Assembly: GCA_035691285.1 (NCBI GenBank)
Contig: DASSJI010000246.1
Span: forward strand, 1,047 to 65,046
DNA: 64,000 bases
DNA from: Vicinamibacteria bacterium
GTDB lineage: Bacteria; Acidobacteriota; Vicinamibacteria; Fen-336
Reading direction: 5' to 3'
Part shown: positions 55,984-64,000 of the stretch, piece after piece
Layout: the number at the start of each line of letters is the position of its first letter
Numbering within the stretch: the stretch's first letter is position 1
Program-made: the position numbers and the translations under genes
The notes under the pieces: generated by a model
The model's database searches: none
What the model saw: the letters and a program-made list of their open reading frames with translations, nothing else
Told to the model about the DNA's origin: nothing

Positions 55984-56982
55984 GTGCGCCCCGACGACCT
56001 CGTCGCGATCACCCCGGCCGGGCTCCACTGCGCCGCGGGCGGCTTCCACGTGGACCCTTGGGGTTCGGCCGATCTCGCGATCATCACCCACGCCCACGCG
56101 GACCACGCGCGGCCCGTCGCGAGGAGCTATCTCTGCGCCGAGGCGTGCGTGCCGCTGCTGCGGCGGAGGCTCGGTCCCGAGGCGTCGATCCGCGGCGTGC
56201 CGTACGGGGAGCGCCTTCGCATCGGCTCGGCCACCGTCTCGCTCCACCCCGCCGGCCACGTCCTCGGATCGGCCCAGGTCCGGATCGAGGAGAGCGGCCG
56301 CGTCTTCGTCGTCTCGGGCGATTACAAGCGCGCTCCGGACCCCACCTGCGCTCCCTTCGAGGTCGTCCGCTGCGACGTCTTCGTGACCGAGGCCACCTTC
56401 GGCCTTCCGATCTACCGATGGGAGGAGCCCTCGGTCGTGGCCGCCGAGATCCACGACTGGTGGCGGGCCAATCCCGGGCGCCCGTCGGTCCTCTTCGCCT
56501 ACGCACTCGGCAAGGCTCAGCGCATCCTCGCCGAGCTCGCGCCCTTGACCGACCGGCCGGTCCTCACCCACGGCGCGGTCGAGTCCCTCGTGCGGCTCTA
56601 TCGCGAGGCGGGGATCCCCATGCTCCGCACCGAGCCTCTCGCCGAGGCGCCCAGGAAGCGGGACCTGGCGGGCGCGCTCATCCTGGCCCCGCCCTCGGCG
56701 CGGGCGACGCCCTGGATGAGACGGCTCGCGTCGGCCGAGACGGCCATGGCCTCGGGCTGGATGCGCGTGCGCGGCCCCCGCCGCCGTCAGGGCTACGACC
56801 GGGGCTTCGCCCTGTCCGACCACGCCGACTGGCCGGCGCTCCTGCGCACCATCGAGGAAACGGGCGCCCGGCGCGTGCTGGCCACCCACGGCTACGCGGA
56901 AGAGCTGGCCCGCTTCCTCGGAGAGCGCGGCTTCGAGGCGGAGGCCCTCGCCACCTCCTTCGAGGGCGAGGCGGACGCGTGA
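55984..56982 (+). CDS. Ligase-associated DNA-damage-response exonuclease (metallo-beta-lactamase fold)
   Basis: IITHAHADHA motif, a beta-CASP-like layout, and SDHADWPAL near the C-terminus. The stop overlaps the GTG of the ligase gene (GTGA). Confidence 0.75.
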   Translation: MRPDDLVAITPAGLHCAAGGFHVDPWGSADLAIITHAHADHARPVARSYLCAEACVPLLRRRLGPEASIRGVPYGERLRIGSATVSLHPAGHVLGSAQVRIEESGRVFVVSGDYKRAPDPTCAPFEVVRCDVFVTEATFGLPIYRWEEPSVVAAEIHDWWRANPGRPSVLFAYALGKAQRILAELAPLTDRPVLTHGAVESLVRLYREAGIPMLRTEPLAEAPRKRDLAGALILAPPSARATPWMRRLASAETAMASGWMRVRGPRRRQGYDRGFALSDHADWPALLRTIEETGARRVLATHGYAEELARFLGERGFEAEALATSFEGEADA

Positions 56983-58607
56983 AGCGCTTCGCCGCGCTCT
57001 ACGAAGCCCTCGACCGGACGACGTCGACGAACGCCAAGGTCGACGCGATCGCCGGGTACTTCAGCGAGGCGCCGCCCGGGGATGCGGCCTGGGCGCTGTA
57101 CTTCCTCACCGGGCGTCGCCTCAAGCGCCTGCTGCCCTCGCGCGTGCTGTGGGAGCTCGTGCGCGACGCGAGCGGCCTGCCCGGGTGGCTCCTCGAGCAC
57201 TGCTACGCGGCGGTCGGCGACTTCGCCGAGGTCACGGCGCTGCTCCTGGAGACGCCGGCCGGCGAGACGCCGGAGCTGCCGCTCCGGACCTGGGTCGTCG
57301 ATCGGATCCTGCCGCTGCGCGCCGCCAGCGCCGAGGCGCAGCGTGCGGCCCTCCAGGAAGCGTGGGCGTCGCTTCGGCCGCGCGAGCGCCTCGTGTTCAA
57401 CAAGCTCGTGACCGGCGATTTCCGCGTCGGCGCCGCGGCGACGCTGGTCCTCCGCGCGCTCGCGCGGGTGGCCGAGGTCGAGCCCGCGGTGGTGGCGCAC
57501 CGGGTGATGGGCGACTGGGAGCCTACGGCCGAGGCCTTCACGCGCTTCCTCTCCGGGGCCGACCCTGCGTCGCTCCAGCCCTACCCCTTCTTCCTCGCGG
57601 CTCCCCTGGAGGACCCCGTCGCAGCCCTCGGCGATGCCTCCGAGTGGCTGGCCGAGTGGAAGTGGGACGGCATCCGGGCGCAGGCGCTCCGCCGCCGCGG
57701 CGAGGCGCACCTCTGGTCGCGGGGCGAGGAGCTCGTGACACCCCGATTCCCCGAGATCGCGAGAAAGCTCGCCGCGCTGCCCGACGGCACGGTCCTCGAC
57801 GGGGAGATCCTCGCCTGGCGAGACGGCGTCCTGCCTTTCGCGGTGCTGCAGCGGCGCATCGGCCGGCTCGACGTCACCCCCCGCGCGCTGCGCGAAGCAC
57901 CCGTCGCCTTCGTCGCCTTCGACCTGCTCGAGGAGGACGGCGTCGACCTCCGCGAGCGCCCGCTCGCGGAGCGGCGCCGACGGCTCGAGTCGCTGCTCGC
58001 CGGAGCCTCGGGGGCACTCCTCCTCTCCGAGCGCGTCCCGGGCGCCGAGTGGCCGGATTGGGCGGCGGCGCGCGGGGGCTCGCGGGGACGGGGCGTGGAA
58101 GGGTTGATCCTCAAGCGACTGTCGTCGCCGTATGGCGCCGGGCGCAGGCGCGGGGACTGGTGGAAGTGGAAGATCGAGCCCTACACCATCGACACGGTGA
58201 TGACCCACGCGCATCCCGGCCACGGCAAGCGGGCCAGCCTCTACACCGACTACACCTTCTCGGTCTGGGACGGCGAAGGGCTCGCGCCCGTGGCGCGCGC
58301 CTATTCCGGCCTCACCGACGACGAGATCCGCGAGCTGGACCGCTGGATCCGGGCCCACACCCTGGAGCGGCACGGGCCGACGCGCCGCGTCGAGCCGACC
58401 CAGGTCTTCGAGCTCGGCTTCGAGGCCATCGCCCGCTCGACCCGCCACCGATCGGGCATCGCCGTGCGCTTCCCGCGCATCCTGCGCTGGCGGCGGGACA
58501 AGCCCGCGCGCGAGGCCGAGCGGATCGAGACCCTGCGCGCGATGCTGCCGCCGGAGCCCGAGCGGCCACGCCGGGCCCTGCAGCGACGCCTGCCCTTCGA
58601 TCCCTAG
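56979..58607 (+). CDS. ATP-dependent DNA ligase (LigC-like)
   Basis: Adenylation motif I EWKWDGIR (KxDG); an OB domain; 542 aa. Confidence 0.85.
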   Translation: MKRFAALYEALDRTTSTNAKVDAIAGYFSEAPPGDAAWALYFLTGRRLKRLLPSRVLWELVRDASGLPGWLLEHCYAAVGDFAEVTALLLETPAGETPELPLRTWVVDRILPLRAASAEAQRAALQEAWASLRPRERLVFNKLVTGDFRVGAAATLVLRALARVAEVEPAVVAHRVMGDWEPTAEAFTRFLSGADPASLQPYPFFLAAPLEDPVAALGDASEWLAEWKWDGIRAQALRRRGEAHLWSRGEELVTPRFPEIARKLAALPDGTVLDGEILAWRDGVLPFAVLQRRIGRLDVTPRALREAPVAFVAFDLLEEDGVDLRERPLAERRRRLESLLAGASGALLLSERVPGAEWPDWAAARGGSRGRGVEGLILKRLSSPYGAGRRRGDWWKWKIEPYTIDTVMTHAHPGHGKRASLYTDYTFSVWDGEGLAPVARAYSGLTDDEIRELDRWIRAHTLERHGPTRRVEPTQVFELGFEAIARSTRHRSGIAVRFPRILRWRRDKPAREAERIETLRAMLPPEPERPRRALQRRLPFDP

Positions 58608-58616
58608 CGGCGCGCC

Positions 58617-59414
58617 TCAGTGCCGGCGCGGCGAGCGTCCGTTGGGCCCATCGCTCGCCAGGCCCTGGAGGCCACGGAAGTCCTCGACGCGCACGGAGCC
58701 GCGCCGGGCCGTCACGAGCCCCCTCGATTCCCAGTCCGAGAGGAGCCGGCTCACCGTGAACAGGGTCGTGCCCGTGAGCTGGGCGAGGTCCGCGCGCGAG
58801 AGCGGGACGTCGTCGTAGATCCCGTCCTCGAAGCGCCGCCCGTGGGGGTACACGAGCCGGAGCAGCGTCAGGGCGAGACGCTCGGCCACCCTGAGCGTCG
58901 CCAGCTCGCGGTAGCGTTCGTCCCGCTCGCGCAGCCGCCGCGCCTGGATGCGGAGGGCGTTCTGGGTCAGCTCGGGATGCCGGGCGAAGAGCTCGTCGAG
59001 GTCCTTCTTCTCCCACGCGAGCGCCTCGCTCGGCTCCAGCGCCATGGCCGTCGCGGGATAGCCCTCCGTGATGGGCAGGCCCAGCCAGCCGCAGAACTGC
59101 CCCGGACCGATCAGGCGCTCGATCACCTCCTGCCCGCCCCCGTCGACCTGGAACAGCTTCACGCGCCCCGAATACAGGAGATAGAAGACGCTCGCGGGCT
59201 GGCCTTCGCGGAAGAACACCTCCTTGCGCTCGACGTGCCTGTGCGCCGCCCGCGCACCAACCTCGGCGCGGGCCTCCCTGCCCAGCCCGCGGAACAGCGA
59301 GCACTTCAGGATCAGGTAGTCTTTCAGGTCGGCGGAGACGCTCGTGGGTTCCAAGGGACCTCGCTCTAGGCGGCGCCGGAAGTCTACACGGACTCGATCG
59401 GCAGGTCGCCCCAC
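58617..59414 (-). CDS. Crp/Fnr-family transcriptional regulator
   Basis: cNMP-binding-like beta-roll (FFREGQPASVFYLLYSGRVKLF) plus a C-terminal HTH (LSRADLAQLTGTTLFTVSRLLSDWESRGLV). GTG at 59414, or TTG at 59354. Confidence 0.8.
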   Translation of the reverse strand: MGRPADRVRVDFRRRLERGPLEPTSVSADLKDYLILKCSLFRGLGREARAEVGARAAHRHVERKEVFFREGQPASVFYLLYSGRVKLFQVDGGGQEVIERLIGPGQFCGWLGLPITEGYPATAMALEPSEALAWEKKDLDELFARHPELTQNALRIQARRLRERDERYRELATLRVAERLALTLLRLVYPHGRRFEDGIYDDVPLSRADLAQLTGTTLFTVSRLLSDWESRGLVTARRGSVRVEDFRGLQGLASDGPNGRSPRRH

Positions 59415-59436
59415 GATAGCGGCCGTGGATGGCGCA

Positions 59437-59458
59437 GTCCTTGCGCGAGCGCAAGGAC
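59437..59458. promoter_or_regulatory. Perfect 22-bp palindrome GTCCTTGCGC-GA-GCGCAAGGAC
   Basis: Lies 23 bp upstream of the Crp/Fnr gene start and 12 bp beyond the stop of the convergent-side gene at 59470. Candidate operator or terminator stem. Confidence 0.3.
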
Positions 59459-59469
59459 AAGGGCGAGGT

Positions 59470-60249
59470 TCAGGGGCTCGAACCCTTCGGCACAGAGCCG
59501 ACGGGGCGTGGAGGCGCGGGCGTATCGAAGCGAGCGTCGTCCAGGCGGGGATTGATCTGCACCGACTCTATCGCGAGCTTCTGCCCCACCGAGGCGTCCG
59601 AGAGCCTCGACTCGACGACGTGGGCGATCAGCAGGCCCTGCACCTCACGATAGTCCCTGAAGAAGGTGTCCACGCGCTTCTCGCCGCCACGGAGCACCTG
59701 TGCGGACTCGACCCTCACCTCCAGCCCGTTCTGGACGTCGACGTAGACGACGCGCTCCAGTCCCGCCGGTGTGGCCACCTTCAGTTTGAAGGCGTCGCGG
59801 CCCTCGACCTTCTCCTGCCCCAGGAGCTCGACGCTCTCGCCCCTGGCCCGGCAGTCGAGGAGCGGCCCGTCCAGGTCCACCTGGCCCGCCGCGCCTCGCG
59901 CCTCCGCTTCGGAGAACGGCAGGACCTCGTCGCGCCCCAGGAACGGCATGCGCTTCCAACCCGCCGAGCCGTCGAACGCCTGCACGGCCGTCGTGCCGTC
60001 GAACTCGAACTCGAGGCGCATCTTCCGCGGCCGCTTCTGCTCCAGCCGGAAAGGCACGCGCATGCCGCGGCCGACGTCCATCTGGCCCGCCATCCGCATC
60101 GACGTCACGGCCCGCCACGCCTCGAGCCCGCCGCGCGCCGCAGCGTTGCGCGCCAGGATCTCGTCCACGGTCTCCGCCGAGGCGACGAGACTCCACGTGG
60201 ACACCACGGCGGCGGCCGCGGCCCTCCAGGTCGTGCGAGATGCTCTCAT
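59470..60249 (-). CDS. LolA-like / outer-membrane lipoprotein-sorting-fold periplasmic protein
   Basis: A signal peptide (MRASRTTWRAAAAAVVSTWSLVASA) then an approx. 230-aa beta-rich domain with the LolA-like pattern (WRAVTSMRMAG...FDGSAGW...VDTFFRDY). The internal ATG at 60249 was chosen. Confidence 0.55.
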   Translation of the reverse strand: MRASRTTWRAAAAAVVSTWSLVASAETVDEILARNAAARGGLEAWRAVTSMRMAGQMDVGRGMRVPFRLEQKRPRKMRLEFEFDGTTAVQAFDGSAGWKRMPFLGRDEVLPFSEAEARGAAGQVDLDGPLLDCRARGESVELLGQEKVEGRDAFKLKVATPAGLERVVYVDVQNGLEVRVESAQVLRGGEKRVDTFFRDYREVQGLLIAHVVESRLSDASVGQKLAIESVQINPRLDDARFDTPAPPRPVGSVPKGSSP

Positions 60250-60668
60250 TGGACCATCATCCTGTCCGTCTTGAATGCGCCGATCTCGACGCTCACGTGG
60301 TTGCCCGGCTTCACCAGCCTGCCGGGGTTCGCAAAGAACATCCAATACGTGTGGCCGGCCAAGGGGGTGTCGGAGTTGCGAAGCGCGCCGGTCTTCGCCG
60401 GCGTCGGCACGACGAGCTTCGCGCCGCTCTCTTCGTGAACCAGCAGCGGCTTGGTCTTGCGTGCGAAGAGCGGCGCGGCCTTGGCCGGGTCGATCACGCG
60501 GTAGCGGAACTCGAGCATGTAGCCGGCTGCGGACTCGCGAACGCCGATCACGTCGACGCCCCAGCGGCGCTTGACGAGGCTGCTTTCGCGTGGGTGGCCA
60601 GCGCCCCCCCCCGGCGCCGGAGTCGAAGCCGGCGCCGAGAGGAAGATGGCGAGAAGCAGGGCGAACAC
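60246..60668 (-). CDS. Small secreted protein of unknown function
   Basis: Signal peptide MFALLLAIFLSAPAS; 140 aa; GTG start 6 nt after the upstream stop; overlaps the downstream start by 4 bp. Confidence 0.45.
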   Translation of the reverse strand: MFALLLAIFLSAPASTPAPGGGAGHPRESSLVKRRWGVDVIGVRESAAGYMLEFRYRVIDPAKAAPLFARKTKPLLVHEESGAKLVVPTPAKTGALRNSDTPLAGHTYWMFFANPGRLVKPGNHVSVEIGAFKTDRMMVQ

Positions 60669-60674
60669 AATCGC

Positions 60675-63600
60675 CTACGGCCGCTCGTCGGCGCCGCGGT
60701 CGTAACCCGTGCCCTGCGGCCTGTTCTGCCCGTCGAAGTCCTGGGCGGGCGCTGAGCTTCCGAGGGCGGTGTTGCGAGCCGCCGAGCTGCCGCCGATGTG
60801 GTAGTCGCCGGTGAGGGCCAACGGGCCGAAGCGCACGTCGATCCAGTTGCCGCCTTCGTCCGTCGCAGGTGCGACCTGCAAGCCTCGGAAGCCCGGAGTG
60901 AGCGTCGTGTTGCGCGCGCCGTTGCAATAGCTGGTGGCGAACTGAGGGTTGCCGGTCGTGTTGTTGTTGTTGTTGTAGTTCCGGCCGTCGGGACCGGTCA
61001 GGTTCGTCAGGAGCGAGTAACGGGGTGTCAGCCCGGAGCCGGCATCCAGCTTCCCGAGGTCCCAGTAATATGCCCCGTTTGCGCACTGCTCGACAGCGCC
61101 GGGGTTGAGGTTCGGCATGAGTCGCGGCGTCGCGCCGGTGCCGTCGTAGTGGAACGCGCGGTTCTGCCAGACGATGTTGTTCACGAGGATCGGATTCGAG
61201 AAGTCCTGGTTGGCGCCTGGCACGGCCGCCGCCAGCGTCGCGCTGTGGTTCTGGGTGGCGATCCCCGAAGGCTGCTTCGCCGAGACGTTGGGGTTGTTCG
61301 TGGTGAAGGCAGAGCCCACGGTCGCCGTGCTGTCATTGCGCGCGATGGTGTTGTTGATGATGTCAGCCCGCGCAACGTCGAAGAGCGACACGCCAGCGCC
61401 CGCCCAACCCGCCAGGTTGTTCACAATCATGTTGTTCGTGAGCTGCGCGCGGTACCACGTCGTGGAGTTGCTCGGATTCCTGTGAACGTCAAGGCCGTTC
61501 ACGCGCTCCAGCCGCACGCCGCCGCCGTGCCCGGAGCCCGCCTGGTTGGACTGGATGCGGTTGGCGTCGACGACGACGTCGCCGGCGCCACGGCTGAGGG
61601 CGTTGCCGGCCGGTTCGCCCGCGATCAACAGCCCGCCCCCGGACCGATTGAGCCCCTGGTTGAAGGACTGGTTGAGCAGAATCGTGTTGCGGCGGATCTG
61701 GCCGTCGTCGCTCAGCCCGAAGTGGGCCACGCCTGCGCCGTCGCCCTGGGTCATGTTGCCGCAGACCCAGTTGTCGTAGAGCTGGTATGCATCGGTGCCG
61801 GTGTAGAGCGAGACGCCTCCGCCGGCTCCGGACAGGCCTCCGTTCTCGGTGACGTCGTTGTTGTGAAGCTTCAAGCCCGTGTTGTAGCCATAGGCGTAGG
61901 ACGGGCCCGACGGATCGGGCTGGACCAGGAACGGGTGCCCGACGCGGATGCCGCCGCTGTAGAAGCCCCCGTTGCCTGAGAGGCGGTTGTTGCTGATCTC
62001 GAGCCCGTGCGCCCAGCCATTGACGAAGATGCCTCCGCCTTGGTCGCTGCCCGTGATGGTGAAGCCGTCGATGCGCGCCTGGCGTGCGGAAACGAAGGCG
62101 TTCGGCGAGCCGGGCGAGGCAGCCGCGTTCTTCGCCAGCACGGTGACCCCGGCCCCCTCTTCCGAGCCCAGCCACAAGGGCTCGAGCCCGGGAGCGGCGA
62201 TCGGTGTCTGCCCTGGAAGCGGGTCCACCGTTCCGCTGCCGAACAGGGCCGCGATCCGGTCCCGCCACTGGGAAAGCTTCTCGGCAGGCCGCTTCACCGC
62301 GTTGATGAAGGTGGAGCCCGCGCCCGCGCCCTGGAGACGGACCTGCTTCGCCATCACGACCATTTCGTTGTAGGTGCCCGGGCCCACCAGGATCAGATCG
62401 CCGGGGTTCGCCGCGTCGATGGCCGCCTGGATCGTCGGATGCTGGTCTGGGACGCGGCGCGGCGTCTCGCTCGAGACCGTCACAGTGATCCCCGTGACCG
62501 TCGACCTGCCGCTGCTGCCTCTCGTGATGACCAGCTGGCCGCTGCTCGGGACCGGCACGAGCAGGTTGCCTCCCAGGTCCTTGATGCTGGCGCGGATCTC
62601 CTCGTTGTTCCAGCTGACGACGCGGAGGGCGACGTTGCCCAGTCGGATGGCGTTCCCTGAGTTGCCTCCCCCCCCGAAGCCGAAGTTGCGGGGGATCGTC
62701 GCGGGCTGGGTTCCGGTCGGTCCGGTGTAGCGCGAGTTGGGAACTTCGACCTCTCCGACGGAAGTGATCGTCAGCACGTCGCCCTGCGACGGATTGAGGA
62801 AAGGCCCTGTTCCCGTGCCGTTGACCGAGCGGATGACCGGAGTCTGGTTTGGAAGAGCGCAGTCCGCTGGGCCGTCGCCGGCCGCGAAGGCGGCCGTGGG
62901 CAGGATCGGCGTGTCGAGGTAGGTGGTCGTGCCCGGCATGAACTGCAGCGCATAGCAGACGTGCCTGTAACGCGGATCGTAGGCGGGATCGGTGATCAGC
63001 GTGCCGCCGGGTCCGGGGATCGGGCCGGGGTCGTTGATGCAGGTCGTGAGGACGTTGGCCGAGTAGCCGCTCGGAATGGGGATGTTCGCGGTGAAGGTGG
63101 ACGGGACGGGCCCGTCGTAGCGGCCCCACTGGTCCGAGTAGACGCGCTGGATCTCTCGACCGGTCCAGTCGTGGATCGAGACCGGCGCGTAGGGCGGCGC
63201 CCACTTCTCGCCCCAGGCCGGCGAGAAGCGGTTGAACTCCGACGCCAGGTCGTCCGCGACGATCCCGCTCATGTGCGAGGCGATGGGCGTCTTGGTGAAG
63301 AGGAAGAAGTCCGCAGCAGCCTGGGCCTGGTCGCTGAGCACGACGTTCTTGCGGTCGCACAGCGGGCGCTCCGCGCCGGCAAAGGGCGCCGCGAGGCCCG
63401 GGAACAGCGTCAGCTCGTCGGGCACGACGTGGGGCTCCCCCGCGCAGGGCGGCTGCGCGAGGCCGGGCTCCGGCTCCTGCGCCTCGGCCACCATGGCCAA
63501 GTCGGGGAGGGCGAGCGCCAGGGCCAGGTTGGGCAGCGCCAGCACCACGGGCGGGCCGTAGGAGTCGCCGAAGTCGACGTTCTTGTCCTCTTCCTTGACC

Positions 63601-64000
63601 AGCTCGTAGCCGGGCGGCGGAACCACTTCGACGACGTAGCGCCCAGGAAGGATGTCCATGAATGCGTACCCGCCGTCGAACACGGCCGGACGCACCTGGT
63701 TGAAGTTGCGGACGCCGTCGTAGCAGCGGCCGGACCGGCTGGTCGCCGGGTCGTAGTACTGGAGCGGATCGCTCGTGTTGCTCACCACGCACTCGCTGGG
63801 GAGCGCATCGTCCCAGGAGTCGGTCTGCACCTCCTGCTGGAAGACCAAGCCGGTGGTGCCGTCCTCTCGCGTGACCTCCTTGTGGAGGCGCACCTTGACG
63901 CGCGGGATGCCGGGCTCCCAGGGGTCGCCGGCCCCGAGTCGGGGGTTGTTCTCCCCGCGCGTCGAAGCGTAGTAGACGATGCCCGAGATGCCGCCGTTCT
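60675..64000 (-). CDS. Giant secreted right-handed beta-helix (pectate-lyase/NosD-like repeat) protein, 5' end beyond window
   Basis: The reading frame is open to the window edge (more than 1108 aa). It shows dense G/N/T-rich beta-helix repeats (NNRLSGNGGFYSGGIRVGH, NNDVTENGGLSGAGGGVSL, NNMIVNNLAGWAGAGVSL) and an Asn run (NYNNNNNTTGNPQ). Confidence 0.7.
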   Translation of the reverse strand, partial: NGGISGIVYYASTRGENNPRLGAGDPWEPGIPRVKVRLHKEVTREDGTTGLVFQQEVQTDSWDDALPSECVVSNTSDPLQYYDPATSRSGRCYDGVRNFNQVRPAVFDGGYAFMDILPGRYVVEVVPPPGYELVKEEDKNVDFGDSYGPPVVLALPNLALALALPDLAMVAEAQEPEPGLAQPPCAGEPHVVPDELTLFPGLAAPFAGAERPLCDRKNVVLSDQAQAAADFFLFTKTPIASHMSGIVADDLASEFNRFSPAWGEKWAPPYAPVSIHDWTGREIQRVYSDQWGRYDGPVPSTFTANIPIPSGYSANVLTTCINDPGPIPGPGGTLITDPAYDPRYRHVCYALQFMPGTTTYLDTPILPTAAFAAGDGPADCALPNQTPVIRSVNGTGTGPFLNPSQGDVLTITSVGEVEVPNSRYTGPTGTQPATIPRNFGFGGGGNSGNAIRLGNVALRVVSWNNEEIRASIKDLGGNLLVPVPSSGQLVITRGSSGRSTVTGITVTVSSETPRRVPDQHPTIQAAIDAANPGDLILVGPGTYNEMVVMAKQVRLQGAGAGSTFINAVKRPAEKLSQWRDRIAALFGSGTVDPLPGQTPIAAPGLEPLWLGSEEGAGVTVLAKNAAASPGSPNAFVSARQARIDGFTITGSDQGGGIFVNGWAHGLEISNNRLSGNGGFYSGGIRVGHPFLVQPDPSGPSYAYGYNTGLKLHNNDVTENGGLSGAGGGVSLYTGTDAYQLYDNWVCGNMTQGDGAGVAHFGLSDDGQIRRNTILLNQSFNQGLNRSGGGLLIAGEPAGNALSRGAGDVVVDANRIQSNQAGSGHGGGVRLERVNGLDVHRNPSNSTTWYRAQLTNNMIVNNLAGWAGAGVSLFDVARADIINNTIARNDSTATVGSAFTTNNPNVSAKQPSGIATQNHSATLAAAVPGANQDFSNPILVNNIVWQNRAFHYDGTGATPRLMPNLNPGAVEQCANGAYYWDLGKLDAGSGLTPRYSLLTNLTGPDGRNYNNNNNTTGNPQFATSYCNGARNTTLTPGFRGLQVAPATDEGGNWIDVRFGPLALTGDYHIGGSSAARNTALGSSAPAQDFDGQNRPQGTGYDRGADERP

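Noticed and set aside
60961-60977. (TTG)5 trinucleotide repeat
   Set aside because: Not a CRISPR or regulatory repeat. It encodes the Asn run inside the beta-helix protein and is mentioned only as a possible slippage site.
1-64000. Search for rRNA, tRNA, CRISPR arrays, IS elements or integrases
   Set aside because: I found no tRNA-like cloverleaf-scale conserved stretches, no tandem direct repeats with unique spacers, and no transposase/integrase-like ORFs. The only repeats are the kinase-blade matches and short palindromes.

Overview
This 64 kb window is about 70 % GC and densely coding on both strands, with no rRNA, tRNA, CRISPR array or obvious mobile element. Very long antisense ORFs are common, as expected at this GC content, so genes were called only where I recognised protein-family signatures.

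Content from 5' to 3':
- **1-5.7 kb:** a partial M48/TPR peptidase, then a partner-switching module on the minus strand (a Cache-HAMP-PP2C-HATPase sensor, a STAS antagonist and a DUF3592 protein), divergent from a diadenylate-cyclase-like (DAC) domain protein.
- **5.7-17 kb:** a Mop-type 2Fe-2S/molybdopterin hydroxylase with two PLP fold-II enzymes, an SsnA-like amidohydrolase, a YgeY-like M20 hydrolase, a YgeW-like carbamoyltransferase and an Fe-S/TIM-barrel oxidoreductase. This resembles the E. coli ygeW-ygeY-ssnA-ygfK purine-catabolism / selenium-dependent molybdenum hydroxylase neighbourhood.
- **17-28 kb:** a signalling block with a Kbp-like BON-LysM protein, two Ser/Thr kinases (one TPR, one beta-propeller) plus a small gene-fragment remnant, an FAD-oxidoreductase fused to a cNMP-binding domain, an EmbR-like wHTH-FHA regulator and a PAP2/vanadium-haloperoxidase-like protein.
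- **28-35.6 kb:** a complete form I aerobic CO dehydrogenase operon (xdhC-coxD-coxE-coxG-coxM-coxS-coxL) with the AYRCSFR active-site motif.
- **35.6-54 kb:** a sensor histidine kinase, a group-3b-like tetrameric [NiFe]-hydrogenase (hydBGDA plus protease), and a divergent membrane-bound group-1 [NiFe]-hydrogenase (small, large, cytochrome b, protease, cytochrome c) preceded by a textbook sigma-54 promoter. Then hypF-C-D-E, a crotonase-family gene, hypA-B, a membrane protein and a convergent radical-SAM gene.
- **55-64 kb:** a tandem-PilZ protein, a ligase-associated exonuclease with an ATP-dependent DNA ligase, a Crp/Fnr regulator, a LolA-like protein, a small secreted protein and a giant beta-helix secreted protein that runs off the window.

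The most unusual items are the fused partner-switching sensor beside a divergent DAC-like protein, the crotonase gene embedded in the hyp operon (HypX-C-like?), the FAD-oxidoreductase/cNMP-binding fusion, and CO dehydrogenase plus two hydrogenases clustered within about 25 kb.
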